From Xanthomonas campestris pv. campestris str. ATCC 33913 (GTDB lineage: Bacteria > Pseudomonadota > Gammaproteobacteria > Xanthomonadales > Xanthomonadaceae), in the NCBI RefSeq assembly GCF_000007145.1, contig NC_003902.1, positions 4,466,497-4,498,496 on the forward strand: a stretch of DNA of 32,000 nucleotides, read 5' to 3'. Under the pieces are notes generated by a model, which saw only the letters and a program-made list of their open reading frames with translations, was not told the DNA's origin and searched no databases. Shown here piece by piece: positions 18,374 through 28,179 of this stretch (position 1 is its first letter; each line of letters starts with the position of its first letter). The position numbers and the translations under genes are program-made.

Positions 18374-19212
18374 AGCGTGACGGCCTGATCCTCCAGGCGC
18401 GCCAGCCGCAGCTGGAACAGCACCTTGGTCACCAGCAGGCGTTCTTCGATGGGCTTTTGCACCAGGTCGTTGGCGCCGGCCCGCAGCAGCTCGGACTGGT
18501 TGCGCGGGTTGGTGTCGCCGGTCATCACCAGCACCGGCAGGCGGCGCTTGCCGTAGGCGAAATCGATGCGGATGCGCTCGACCACATCGCGCCCGTTGAG
18601 CTCGCCCTTGAGGGTGACGTCGGTCAGCACCACGTCGATGCGCCGCTCGGTGCGGCCCAACGATTCGGCGGTGAGCAGCGCGAACGCGTCTTCGGCAGTG
18701 AGCACATGCACCACCTTGAGGCTCTGGCGCTCGAGCATGCGCTTGGTCGCTTCGGCCACCACGCGGCTGTCCTCGATGTACAGCACGGTGGCGCCCACCA
18801 CCGGCTCGGGCTGCACGTAGCCGCGGATGAAGGTCGCCAGCGCCTCGTGGCCCAGCGCCTTGTCGAAATAATCGGTGACGTATTCGGTGAAGCGGCGCTC
18901 CACCAGATGCTGCTGCGCATCGCCGGAGACCACGATCACCGGCACATAGGCCTGGCCGGCCGCTTCGCGCACGCTGCGCGCCAGCGTCAGGCCGTCGCCA
19001 TCGGGTAACGACAACGAGGTGGTGACCAGATCCACCGCACCGGCCTCCAGCGCATCGCGTGCTTCGGCGATGCTGGCGCAGCCGATCACCTGCACATTGG
19101 GCAAGTCGCGCTTGAGCACGTCGGCAATCAGCTTGCGTACCAGCTTGGACCCATCGACCACCATCACACGCGGTGCGTCGCTGATCAGGTGTTTGAGATC
19201 TGGTGGATGCAT
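18370..19212 (-). CDS. Tandem-receiver response regulator (REC-REC, no output domain); first REC degenerate
   Basis: This is the inner part of ORF 18370..19659. The start is ATG 19212 (MHPPDLKHL), 8 nt after the ftsX stop. REC1 reads VVDGS / [14 protein letters not shown], with Ser where the phospho-acceptor Asp is expected. REC2 reads YIEDS / VVLTDVTL / VMTGD / VQKP and is canonical. Confidence 0.8.
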   Translation of the reverse strand: MHPPDLKHLISDAPRVMVVDGSKLVRKLIADVLKRDLPNVQVIGCASIAEARDALEAGAVDLVTTSLSLPDGDGLTLARSVREAAGQAYVPVIVVSGDAQQHLVERRFTEYVTDYFDKALGHEALATFIRGYVQPEPVVGATVLYIEDSRVVAEATKRMLERQSLKVVHVLTAEDAFALLTAESLGRTERRIDVVLTDVTLKGELNGRDVVERIRIDFAYGKRRLPVLVMTGDTNPRNQSELLRAGANDLVQKPIEERLLVTKVLFQLRLARLEDQAVTL

Positions 19213-19220
19213 GGCAGGTC

Positions 19221-20171
19221 TCAGGTCTCGGTGGGGCGGGTCTGACGGAGGAAGTGGCCGGTGACCAGCCAGGCACCCAGCCAACCCAGCACCAGGGTAC
19301 CCACCAACACCATCGCAGAATGCAGCAGATCCAGTCCGTGCAGGGTAAAGGAACTGCCGTAGCTGTCGGCCAGCGTGGCCAGCGGCGTACGCAATGCAAA
19401 CCCGGAAGCGGCGATCAGAGCAAGCGCGACCGCGCCGGCACCCAGCCCGTACCACGCGCCCAGATACAGGAACGGGCGGCGGATGAAGCCATCGCTGGCA
19501 CCCAGCAGCTGCAGCACGCCGATCTCTTCGCGCCGCGACTGGATATCCAGCCGCACGGTATTGCCGACCACCAGCACCGCGCCAATGCCGAGCAAGGCCG
19601 AGAGCACCTGCACCAGCCGTTCGCCGAAATGCAGCCAGCCATCTAGCCGCTTGCGCCACAGCGCGTCGTGTTGCACCTGGTCGGTCTGCGGCAAAGCCTG
19701 CAAGGCGGCGGCCAGCTGCGCATCGTCGGTGGCATCGGCCGGGGTGACGATCAGCAGCGTAGGCAGCGGGTTGTCGCCGAGTGCATCGATCGCTTCGTCC
19801 AGCTTGGCGTTTTCGCGCAGGTCGGCCAGGCCCTGCGCCGGCGTGCGCACGGCCACCTGGGCAATGTCCGCACGCGCGCGCAGCTCGCCGGCCAGGCGCT
19901 CGGCCGCATCGGCGGCCACGTCCACCTTGAGGAACAGATTGATTTCGCGCGACTGCTGCACGCTACCAGCCAGCAGCTTGACGTTGTCCAGCGCGATCGA
20001 CAGCCCCAGCGGCAATGCCAGCGCCAGCGCCATCACCACGATGGTGAGCAAGGTGGCCCAGGGCTTGCGCATGGCGCGGCCCAGGCTGAAGGCGATGCTG
20101 TGCAGATGGTGGTCGATCCACACGCCGAACCGCGAGGGGGCCACCGATTCGGTATTGGCGAGCTTGCTCAT
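19221..20171 (-). CDS. ftsX: Cell-division ABC transporter permease-like protein FtsX
   Basis: ORF track 316 aa. TM1 is followed by a periplasmic domain and three C-terminal TM helices. The ATGA overlaps the ftsE stop. Confidence 0.9.
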   Translation of the reverse strand: MSKLANTESVAPSRFGVWIDHHLHSIAFSLGRAMRKPWATLLTIVVMALALALPLGLSIALDNVKLLAGSVQQSREINLFLKVDVAADAAERLAGELRARADIAQVAVRTPAQGLADLRENAKLDEAIDALGDNPLPTLLIVTPADATDDAQLAAALQALPQTDQVQHDALWRKRLDGWLHFGERLVQVLSALLGIGAVLVVGNTVRLDIQSRREEIGVLQLLGASDGFIRRPFLYLGAWYGLGAGAVALALIAASGFALRTPLATLADSYGSSFTLHGLDLLHSAMVLVGTLVLGWLGAWLVTGHFLRQTRPTET

Positions 20172-20854
20172 TCGGCCAGGTCCTGCGGCGAGATGTCATC
20201 GACCAGGCGGCCGTGGTCCAGGATCAGCACGCGCTTGCGCATCTGCTTGAGCAGCGCCAGGTCGTGGCTGACCACCAGCACGCTGGTGCCGCGCGCCGGC
20301 AGCTCGGCAAACAGCTGCATGATTTCCGCGGCCAGTGCCGGGTCCAGGTTGCCGGTGGGTTCGTCGGCCACCAGCAGGCGCGGTTCGCCGACGATGGCAC
20401 GGGCAATGCCCACGCGCTGCTGTTCGCCGGCCGACAACTGCGAAGGCAGCGCCTTCTCGCGATGGGCCAGGCCGATCCGTTCCAGCGCCGAGCGCACGCG
20501 CTTGCCGATTTCCGCACGGCGGGTGCCGCGCAGGATCAACGGCAAGGCGACGTTTTCGGCAATGCTGCGATCGTTGAGCAAGCGGTGATCCTGATACACC
20601 GCGCCCACCTGGCGGCGATGCAGTGGAATCTGCCGGCCACGCACCTTGAGCAGGTTGCGTTCGCCCAGCAGCACCGCGCCCTGGCTGGGCCGCTCGCTGA
20701 GGTGGATCAATTTGAGCAAGGTGCTTTTGCCGGCGCCAGAGTGGCCGGTCACGAACAGCATCTCGCCATCGGCCACTTCGAAGCTGACATCGGTCAGCGC
20801 CTGGTGGCCACCGGCGTAATGCTTGCTGACGTTGTCGAAACGCAGAACGGTCAT
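20168..20854 (-). CDS. ftsE: Cell-division ATP-binding protein FtsE
   Basis: ORF track 228 aa. Walker A is GHSGAGKST, the signature is LSAGEQQR, and Walker B is LLVADEPTGNLD. Confidence 0.95.
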   Translation of the reverse strand: MTVLRFDNVSKHYAGGHQALTDVSFEVADGEMLFVTGHSGAGKSTLLKLIHLSERPSQGAVLLGERNLLKVRGRQIPLHRRQVGAVYQDHRLLNDRSIAENVALPLILRGTRRAEIGKRVRSALERIGLAHREKALPSQLSAGEQQRVGIARAIVGEPRLLVADEPTGNLDPALAAEIMQLFAELPARGTSVLVVSHDLALLKQMRKRVLILDHGRLVDDISPQDLAE

Positions 20855-20888
20855 CCAGCGATTATGCCGGAGCGCCAGCGCTTGCGTC

Positions 20889-20911
20889 GCATCGCCGGTG
20901 TGCGGCGATGC
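20889..20911 (-). other. Perfect 9-bp hairpin between the rhlB stop and the ftsE start (possible terminator or processing signal, no U-tract)
   Basis: gcatcgccg-gtgtg-cggcgatgc. There is no T-run on either side. Confidence 0.3.
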
Positions 20912-20929
20912 GATCCATGCGGCAATACC

Positions 20930-22651
20930 TCAGCTGCCGGAGACCAACGAACGCAGCCTGCGTCCGATGCGGCTCAGCAACGACGGGCTGCCCGACGGCT
21001 TGGCTGCGGCACGTACCGGCTTGGCCACGACCTGGGTGGGTTTGCGCGGCGCGGCGGGGGCCGGCACGGGCGTGGATGCCACCACCGGCTCGGCACCTTC
21101 GACCGGGCGGCCGTTGCGACGCCGACGGCGCTTGCGCGGTGCGCGCTCGCCTTCGGCCGCCGTGACGGCAGGAGTTTCTGCGGCAGCAGCGACAACCACT
21201 GGCGTCTCGCTGGGCGCTGCGGCCGGATCGGCCTCGCCTTCCACGCGCGGCTTGCGACGCGGCGGGCGCGGCTTGCCATCGGCACCGGCGCCGTCGCGAC
21301 GACCGCCGCCACTGCCGCTACGCGATGCGCCGCCGGGACCGCTACGGCCACCGCCACGACGCGCTTCGTCGGCCGCACGCTGCTCGCGTGCTTCGCGGAA
21401 GATCGTGCCCACGCTGTCGCCAGCGTCGTCGTCGACCTCTTCACCTTCCACTGTTGCGCGCGGTGTGCGCGGCAACGGGGTCAGCAGCTCGGTAGTCACC
21501 GGCTCGACCGGGATCTTCTGCTCGATGTAGGCCTCGATGTCCGGCAGGCTCATCGCATAACGCTCGCAGGCGAAGCTGATCGCATCGCCCTCCTCGCCCA
21601 GGCGCGCGGTGCGCCCGATGCGATGCACGTAGTCTTCGGCGTCGAACGGCAGGTCGTAGTTGTAGACGTACTTGACGCCATCGATGTGCAGGCCGCGCGC
21701 GGCCACGTCGGTGGCCACCAGGATTTCCAGCTGGCCCTTCTGGAAGCGGTTCAGCAACGACTCGCGCTTCTTCTGCGGCACGTCGCCGGACAACACGCCC
21801 ACGCGGTAGCCGTGCCGCTCCAGGGTGCGCGCCACCCGCTCCACGAACGCCTTGGTGTTGACGAACACCATGGTGCGCGCGCCTTCGCTGCGCGACAGCA
21901 GGCCCAGCAGCAGCGTCTGCTTCTCTTCGTCGGAGGGGAAATAGATGCGCTGACGCACCCGCGCGGCGGTGATGGTCTCGGTTTCCACGACGAGCTTTTC
22001 CGGCTCGTTCATGTGCTCGTAGGCCAGCTCCAGCACGCGGTGGCTGAGCGTGGCCGAGAACAGCAGCGTCTGGCGGGTGCCGCGCTCGGGCATGCGCCGC
22101 AGCAGGAAGCGGATGTCCTTGATGAAGCCCAGGTCGAACATGCGGTCGGCTTCGTCCAGTACGCAGATTTCGCAGGCGTGCAGCGAGACCACCTTGTGCT
22201 GTTTGACGTAGTCGATCAGCCGGCCCGGGGTGGCGATGATCACGTCCACGCCCTGCTGCAGCAGCTCGCGCTGCTTGTCGTAGTCCACGCCACCGTAGAC
22301 CAGCGCAAAGCGCAGCCCCAGGTCGGCGCCGAACTTGACCGCGTCCTTGTGGATCTGGATGGCCAGCTCGCGGGTGGGCGCCAGGATCAGGGCGCGCGGA
22401 TCTTCCGGCTTGCGGTCGGCCAGCGCCGGGCGGATCAGCAGGCGGTTCATCACCGCGACCAGGAACGCCAGCGTTTTGCCGGTGCCGGTCTGGGCCTGGC
22501 CGGCGACGTCGCCGCCCGGCAGGGCGACCGGCAGGGTCAGCGCCTGGATCGGCGTGCAGCGCGTAAACCCGGCGCTCTCCAGCCCGGCGACCAGCGCCGG
22601 ATGCAGGTCGAACGAGGAAAAAGTCAAATCGGTCAGCGGTTTGTCGCTCAT
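20930..22651 (-). CDS. rhlB: DEAD-box ATP-dependent RNA helicase RhlB with an Arg/Gly/Pro/Ala-rich C-terminal extension
   Basis: This is the inner part of ORF 20930..23065. The start is ATG 22651 ([18 protein letters not shown]). It is collinear with E. coli RhlB, with [15 protein letters not shown] and HRIGRTAR motifs. The last ~150 aa are low complexity. Confidence 0.9.
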
Positions 22652-22802
22652 TATTCCGTCTTCGTGAGGCGCCCTGGGCAGCCCGGGCGCGGCTTGCATC
22701 GATGCCGACAGCGTCGCAAACTGCGGCTCTTGTGGCGGACAGCGCGGCTTCAGGACTGACACTTGATTCAGTCGCGCAATGCCCCAGTTTACCGCAATGT
22801 GG

Positions 22803-22835
22803 CGGCCTGCCCGGTCGGGTAGGCCGTTTTGGTTT
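22803..22835 (+). terminator. Terminator-like hairpin plus T-tract inside the trxA leader
   Basis: cggcctgccc-ggtc-gggtaggccg forms a 10-bp stem with one G-U pair. It is followed by ttttggttt. The element ends 15 nt before the trxA GTG and just before the AGGAG Shine-Dalgarno. Confidence 0.45.
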
Positions 22836-22849
22836 CCAGGAGACCCAAC

Positions 22850-23191
22850 GTGAGCGACAAGGTTCAACATGTCGGCGATGCCGACTTCGATACAGCTGTA
22901 CTGCAATCCGGCGAACCGGTCCTGGTGGATTTTTGGGCCGAATGGTGCGGCCCGTGCAAGATGATCGCCCCGGTGCTGGACGATCTGGCCGATACATACC
23001 AGGGCAAGCTCAAGGTTGCCAAGGTCAACGTGGACCAGAACCGCGCTTTGGCCATCAAGTACCACGTGCGCTCGATCCCGATGCTGTTGCTGTTCAAGGA
23101 CGGTGAGGTCCAGGCAAGCCAGATCGGGGCAGTTGGCAAGGGCCAGCTGACCCAGATGATCGACAAGACCCTGGGCGGCGCGGCCGCCTGA
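22850..23191 (+). CDS. trxA: Thioredoxin
   Basis: ORF track 22829..23191. The WCGPC active site is present. I place the start at GTG 22850 (VSDKVQHV), with AGGAG 22837-22841 upstream. The TTG at 22829 has no Shine-Dalgarno. Confidence 0.9.
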
Positions 23192-23195
23192 GTGA

Positions 23196-23228
23196 CAGGG
23201 CGTCCAGCCATGGGCGCCCTGCGTTTTG
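23196..23228 (+). terminator. Candidate trxA terminator / rho-leader attenuator
   Basis: cagggcg...cgccctg stem (23196-23202 / 23215-23221) is followed by cgttttg. Confidence 0.5.
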
Positions 23229-23407
23229 CCGGCAGTTAACTCCTGCTTTGGCAGACGCTTGCGCCGCTCTGCGCGGCGGTGGTAGTGTCAGTTGATCCGG
23301 CACACGTTCGTGCGCCGCCGTACCCCTCTAGAAACCTCTTCTAGACTCCCATCACCACAGTTCGCCCCCCAGCCGGGCGCTCGCACTCTTAGCGAGGAAT
23401 CAAGCAC

Positions 23408-25273
23408 TTGTCCGAGAATCCTTCCTCCGATACCGGGAGCGTTGACGCCCCCGTCGAGAAGCGTGTGCGCAAGCCACGTGTCAGCAAGACCGCCGTCGCC
23501 CATGACGACGCCGGGTCGCAACAACCCAATCTTCCCTTGCCCAGCAGCCCCGCTCCCGAGGCTCCGCGCCCCGCGCAGACCCCGTCGCCGGCAGCCGAAT
23601 CGGCGCCGGCGCAGTCGTCTGGCGATGGCGGCGCAGCCCAGGCTGGGCATGCTGGCGAGCAGCACGGCGAGTCCCGCGAGGGCGGCCAGTCGCAGCAGCA
23701 GCGCTTCAACCAGGCGCAGCAGCAGCAAAACCAGAACCAGGCGCAAAGCCAGGGTCAGGGTCAGGGTCAGCAGCGCCAGCAGCAAGGCCAGGGTCAGAAC
23801 CAGGGCCAAGGCCAAGGCCAGCAGGGTCAAGGCCAGAATCAGGGCCAGGGCCAGAACCAGCAGGGCAACCGCCGTGACCGGTTCCGCAACCGTCGCGACC
23901 GTGGCCGCGACCGCTTCGGCAATGAGAGCGAAGGCGGCATGCCCTCGTCCGATGGCAGCAACGAGCCGTTCATTGCGCGTCCGCATCCGGCCGTGCCGGA
24001 AGGCTTCCCGGCGTACTCGCTGAGCGACCTCAAGCGGATGCCGGCGCAGAAGCTGCTGGATATCGCCGATCAGCTCAACATCCAGGAAGGCGTGGCCCGC
24101 GCACGCAAGCAGGATGTGATCTTTGCGCTGCTCAAGGTGCTCACCCGCCATGGCGAAGGCGTTGCCGCCGACGGCGTGCTGGAGATCCTGCCCGACGGTT
24201 TCGGCTTCCTGCGTGCCGCCGAGGCCAGCTATCTGGCCGGCCCGGACGATACGTATATCTCGCCGAGCCAGATCCGCCGCTTCAACCTGCGCACCGGCGA
24301 CCATCTGTCCGGCCGCATCCGCTTCCCCAAGGACGGCGAACGCTATTTCGCGCTGTCGATCGTGGACACCATTAATGGTGAGCCGCTGGAAGCGAGCAAG
24401 AACAAGGTGCTGTTCGAGAACCTGACCCCGCTGTTCCCGCGTCGGCGTTTCCGTCTGGAACGCGGCGATGGGTCCACCGAGGACATCACCGGCCGCATCC
24501 TCGATCTGATGGCACCGCAGGGTAAAGGTCAGCGTGCGCTGATCGTCTCCCCGCCCAAGGCCGGTAAGACGATGATGATGCAGCAGGTGGCCACGGCCAT
24601 CACCACCAATCATCCCGAAGTGCACATGATCGTGCTGCTCATCGACGAGCGCCCGGAAGAAGTGACCGAAATGCAGCGCACCGTGCGCGGCGAGGTCATC
24701 TCCTCCACGTTCGACGAGCCGGCCGCGCGCCACGTGCAGGTTGCCGAGATGGTGATCGAACGGGCCAAGCGCCTGGTCGAGCACAAGAAGGACGTGGTGA
24801 TCCTGCTGGACTCCATCACCCGTCTGGCACGCGCCTACAACAACGTGGTGCCGAGCTCCGGCAAGGTGCTCACCGGTGGTGTGGATGCCAACGCGCTGCA
24901 TCGCCCGAAGCGCTTCTTCGGTGCGGCACGTAACGTGGAAGAAGGCGGTTCGCTGACCATCATTGCCACGGCGCTGGTGGAAACCGGCAGCAAGATGGAC
25001 GAGGTGATCTACGAAGAGTTCAAGGGCACCGGCAACAGCGAAGTGCATTTGAACCGTCGCATCACCGAAAAGCGCGTGTACCCGGCGATCGACATCAACC
25101 GCTCGGGCACGCGTCGCGAAGATCTGTTGATCGAGCCGGAGCTGCTGCAGAAGATTTGGATTCTGCGCAAGCTGCTGCATCCGATGGACGAAATCGCCGC
25201 GATGGAGTTCCTGCTGGACAAGATGAAGACCACCAAGTCCAACGACGAGTTCTTCAGCTCAATGAAGCGCTGA
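23408..25273 (+). CDS. rho: Transcription termination factor Rho with a ~200-aa N-terminal low-complexity extension
   Basis: ORF track 621 aa. From about codon 203 it is collinear with E. coli Rho ([26 protein letters not shown], and so on). The TTG 23408 start has GAGGA ~9 nt upstream and an in-frame TAG at 23390. The first in-frame ATG is at 23939. Confidence 0.9.
   Translation: MSENPSSDTGSVDAPVEKRVRKPRVSKTAVAHDDAGSQQPNLPLPSSPAPEAPRPAQTPSPAAESAPAQSSGDGGAAQAGHAGEQHGESREGGQSQQQRFNQAQQQQNQNQAQSQGQGQGQQRQQQGQGQNQGQGQGQQGQGQNQGQGQNQQGNRRDRFRNRRDRGRDRFGNESEGGMPSSDGSNEPFIARPHPAVPEGFPAYSLSDLKRMPAQKLLDIADQLNIQEGVARARKQDVIFALLKVLTRHGEGVAADGVLEILPDGFGFLRAAEASYLAGPDDTYISPSQIRRFNLRTGDHLSGRIRFPKDGERYFALSIVDTINGEPLEASKNKVLFENLTPLFPRRRFRLERGDGSTEDITGRILDLMAPQGKGQRALIVSPPKAGKTMMMQQVATAITTNHPEVHMIVLLIDERPEEVTEMQRTVRGEVISSTFDEPAARHVQVAEMVIERAKRLVEHKKDVVILLDSITRLARAYNNVVPSSGKVLTGGVDANALHRPKRFFGAARNVEEGGSLTIIATALVETGSKMDEVIYEEFKGTGNSEVHLNRRITEKRVYPAIDINRSGTRREDLLIEPELLQKIWILRKLLHPMDEIAAMEFLLDKMKTTKSNDEFFSSMKR
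23687..23869 (+). repeat. Imperfect CAG/CAA-GGY-AAY codon reiteration encoding the Q/G/N-rich tract of Rho
   Basis: It translates to [61 protein letters not shown] (codons 94-154). Confidence 0.85.
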
Positions 25274-25295
25274 GTTCAGTTGGTGGTGTGTTACG

Positions 25296-25325
25296 AAAAA
25301 GCCCCGCATTGCGGGGCTTTTTTTA
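25296..25325 (+). terminator. Intrinsic terminator of rho
   Basis: aaaaa-gccccgc-att-gcggggc-tttttttt. Confidence 0.85.
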
Positions 25326-25498
25326 TGGGCCGAATTAATTGGATCAGGCGTGAGGCCACCGCGACTTTCAACTCGCCCTCAGCGGGGCTTGACCGGCAGC
25401 ACTGCGTGGCACCATCTCTTGAGCCCTGGGCGCCTGGCGTGCCTATCGACCAGTCGACCCGCATGCCGCCACGCCGCAGCGACACGGCCTTGGATTGC

Positions 25499-26371
25499 TC
25501 AGCCGCCTTGCAGCGGCGTCAGCAGCCGCACGCCTTCACCACGTACCGAGAACAGCCCGCTGTCGGGCAATGCATCCGGACTGTCAGTGGCCGACGCCAG
25601 CACGCCTTGATCGCTCCATGGCGCGCTTTGGCGTGGGCCCGGCAGATAGGACCGCCAGCTGGCCTGCCGTTTTCTCAGATCGCGTATCGAGTCGGTGATA
25701 TCGAAGCTCACCGGCACGCGCATGGTCCAGTAGGGCGCCGTGTGCTCGGGCCCATCGCTAGGCGGATCGAAAGTCCACGTGCGTGCCTTGGCGATTGACG
25801 CGTCGGCAAGCGTCTTGCGCACGCGCTCGCGCTTGGCCGCGGGAATCGACACGGTGAGGTTGACCTGCTCTGCGACAAGATCCGCCACCTTGCCGTCGCG
25901 GCCGATCTTCAGCAGCAGATACACGATCCCGGTCGCGCCATCCTGAAACGCCGCCTTGGGATAGCTGGGTGGTGTCATGTCCTTGGCACGCACGCTGCTG
26001 CCGTCGCTGGCCTCTCCACCGAAGTGAGCGCTGCGGATCGAAACCAGATACTGATTCTTCTCGCCAGGCTTGGCGACCAGCAGCAGACGCATCGGCAGCG
26101 TGGTTGGCAAGGCGGTGCCACTGTCGGTGATCGGATCGAAGCGCCACCCCGCAATCGACTGCCTGATCCGGCTGCGCACGGCCGGCGGCAAGCTGTCTTC
26201 ATTGGTCAACGTCACCGCAGTGACCGTGCCATCCGGCGTCAGCGTCAATTCGCCCGCAACATTCATGCTGGCCTCGACCTGTTCTGTCGCCTCGCTCGTG
26301 CGCGCCGCTACCTGGCCAATCGACAGCATCCCCAACATCGCTACCAGCCCCAACCGTTGCATCCACTGCAT
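25499..26371 (-). CDS. Secreted protein with TonB-C-terminal-like domain(s)
   Basis: This is the inner part of ORF 25499..26422. The start is ATG 26371 (MQWMQRLGLVAMLGMLSIGQVAA, a signal peptide), with GGAG 7 nt upstream. PPSYPKAAFQDGATGIVYLLLKIGRDGKV resembles TonB_C. An earlier segment ending in WRFDP looks like a second, weaker copy. Confidence 0.6.
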   Translation of the reverse strand: MQWMQRLGLVAMLGMLSIGQVAARTSEATEQVEASMNVAGELTLTPDGTVTAVTLTNEDSLPPAVRSRIRQSIAGWRFDPITDSGTALPTTLPMRLLLVAKPGEKNQYLVSIRSAHFGGEASDGSSVRAKDMTPPSYPKAAFQDGATGIVYLLLKIGRDGKVADLVAEQVNLTVSIPAAKRERVRKTLADASIAKARTWTFDPPSDGPEHTAPYWTMRVPVSFDITDSIRDLRKRQASWRSYLPGPRQSAPWSDQGVLASATDSPDALPDSGLFSVRGEGVRLLTPLQGG

Positions 26372-26431
26372 GACCACACTCCATTCGTCTTGGAACGTCC
26401 TTTTACCAGCAGCAGGCGGCAAACGGAATCG

Positions 26432-28171
26432 TCACGCCAGCTTCTGGGCGTCCGCATACGGCGGCGTGTCCGGGTAATCGTCTTCGCGCAGGCGTGCCTG
26501 CAGGTCGCGCCACCACTGCGGGTCGAACAGCTCGGGGTGCATGTGCTTGACCGCTTCCAGCTGCGAGGACGGCAGGCCCATGAACAACGCAAAACGCTCG
26601 GGAAACACGTCGCGCGGACCGACGTGAAACCAGGGCTCGGCTGCCATCTGCTCTTCATAACTGGTGGGCGTGGGCCAATCGCGGAAGGTGCATTCGGTGA
26701 TCAGGCACAGCTCGTCGTAGTCGTAGAACACCGCGCGCTGGTGCCGGGTGATGCCGAAGTTCTTCAGCAGCATGTCGCCGGGGAAGATGTTGTTGCGCGC
26801 CATATCCTTGATCGCCTGCCCGTAGTCCAGCGCGGCGGCATGCGCGGCGGCGGGCAGTTGCTCGCGCAGATACAGATTGAGCGGGCGCAGGCGGCGCTGC
26901 ACGTAGCACAGTGCGATCAGCACATCGTCGCCGTCTTCGCTCAGGCTCATCGCACAGCTGCTCTGCAGATCCTGCAGCAGTGCAGGCGAGAACCGCGCCT
27001 TGGGAAACCGCAGAAACCGGTATGGCTGCGCATCCAGCAGGCGACCAATGCGGTCGAGCTGAAACACCAGCTCGTATTTGCCTTCAACCTGCGCGCGGCT
27101 CATGGTCTTGGGGTATGCAAAGCGGTCGCGGATCAACTTGAACACCAACGGATAGCTGGGCAGCGTGAACACCACCATGACCATCCCCGGTGTGCCGTCG
27201 GCATGCACCAGCTGTTCGGCCGGGTGGGCCTGGAAGTGGCGGAAAAACGTGCGATACCGCTCGGTCTTGCCCTGCTTGGCACGCCCCAGCATCGTGTACA
27301 GCTCGTCGATAGGCTTATGCGTGAGCAGGCTGCGCAGAAACACGACCGCATCGCCGACGGTGGTCAGATCCGCCTGGAAATAGCTGCGGGAATTACTGAA
27401 CAATTGCGCGACATCGCTGCGGCGCGTCAGCACCGCTTCGGCGCGTAGACCGGCATCGTCGTTGACCAGCGCAATCACACACGGCGAAAACCGATGTTCG
27501 CCGAACAAGCGCCCGACCAGATACGCACGACGTTCGCGATAGAACACCGTTTCCAGCAATTCGACGCTGCGCACCGGGTGCTCGCCCCAATGGGCAAGGT
27601 CGTCCAGCAGCCGTACTGCGATTGCCGCCGCGCAGCGGGTCCGGTGCGCATACGGCACCTCAAATGGATAATCGCCGAGCACACGCACCAGCATCTCGGT
27701 CAACCGGCCAGGCGAGACCGCGTAGGTATGCCGCGCCACCGGCACGGTGATGGCATCGGTGGGCTCGATATCCAACGCAATGAATTCGATCTGCGCATCC
27801 ACGCCCTGGGTGCGGAAGTAACGCCGCGTCAGCGTGTTGTAGAAGGTCTTGTACAACTCCTGGTCGATCAGGCCGGTAAGCAGCTCCGCGTAATGGGTGC
27901 GGGCGCGCATCCAGAGCGCGCGATCGTGCGCCTGGCCCAGCAACACGGCGCGCAGGCGCAACATGCATTCGCTGATGTAGTGATCGTAGAGCGCAATCCG
28001 CGCCACCGCATCTTCGCGTGCGCCACTCCAGTCGCGCGTTTCGAAGCGCTGCCTGGCACGCGCGGTGATCTGCGAAAACTGCGCGTGGTAGTCCTGAAAC
28101 GCCTCATAGACAGCACGACCGATCGCCAGCGCGCGGCGCTCGGATTGCGGTGGTAACGGTTGTTGGTTCAT
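26432..28171 (-). CDS. aceK: Isocitrate dehydrogenase kinase/phosphatase AceK
   Basis: This is the inner part of ORF 26432..29197. The start is ATG 28171 ([21 protein letters not shown]), with GAGGA upstream, 8 nt after the LysR stop. It resembles AceK end to end and the ~580 aa length is typical. Confidence 0.9.
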
Positions 28172-28179
28172 GGCTGTCC

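Noticed and set aside
18374-19399. N-terminal 342 codons of the 583-aa ORF 17648..19399
   Set aside because: Only the part from ATG 18373 is uracil-DNA glycosylase. The upstream extension runs out of frame through the response-regulator gene and into the ftsX 3-prime end, and reads as Arg/Ala/Gly-rich noise.
20213-22759. 848-aa ORF on the plus strand
   Set aside because: It is antisense to ftsE and rhlB, both of which have unambiguous motifs. This is a typical high-GC shadow ORF.
23288-25180. 630-aa ORF on the minus strand
   Set aside because: It is antisense to rho. Its leucine-rich [12 protein letters not shown] stretch is just the reverse complement of the Q/G-coding repeat.
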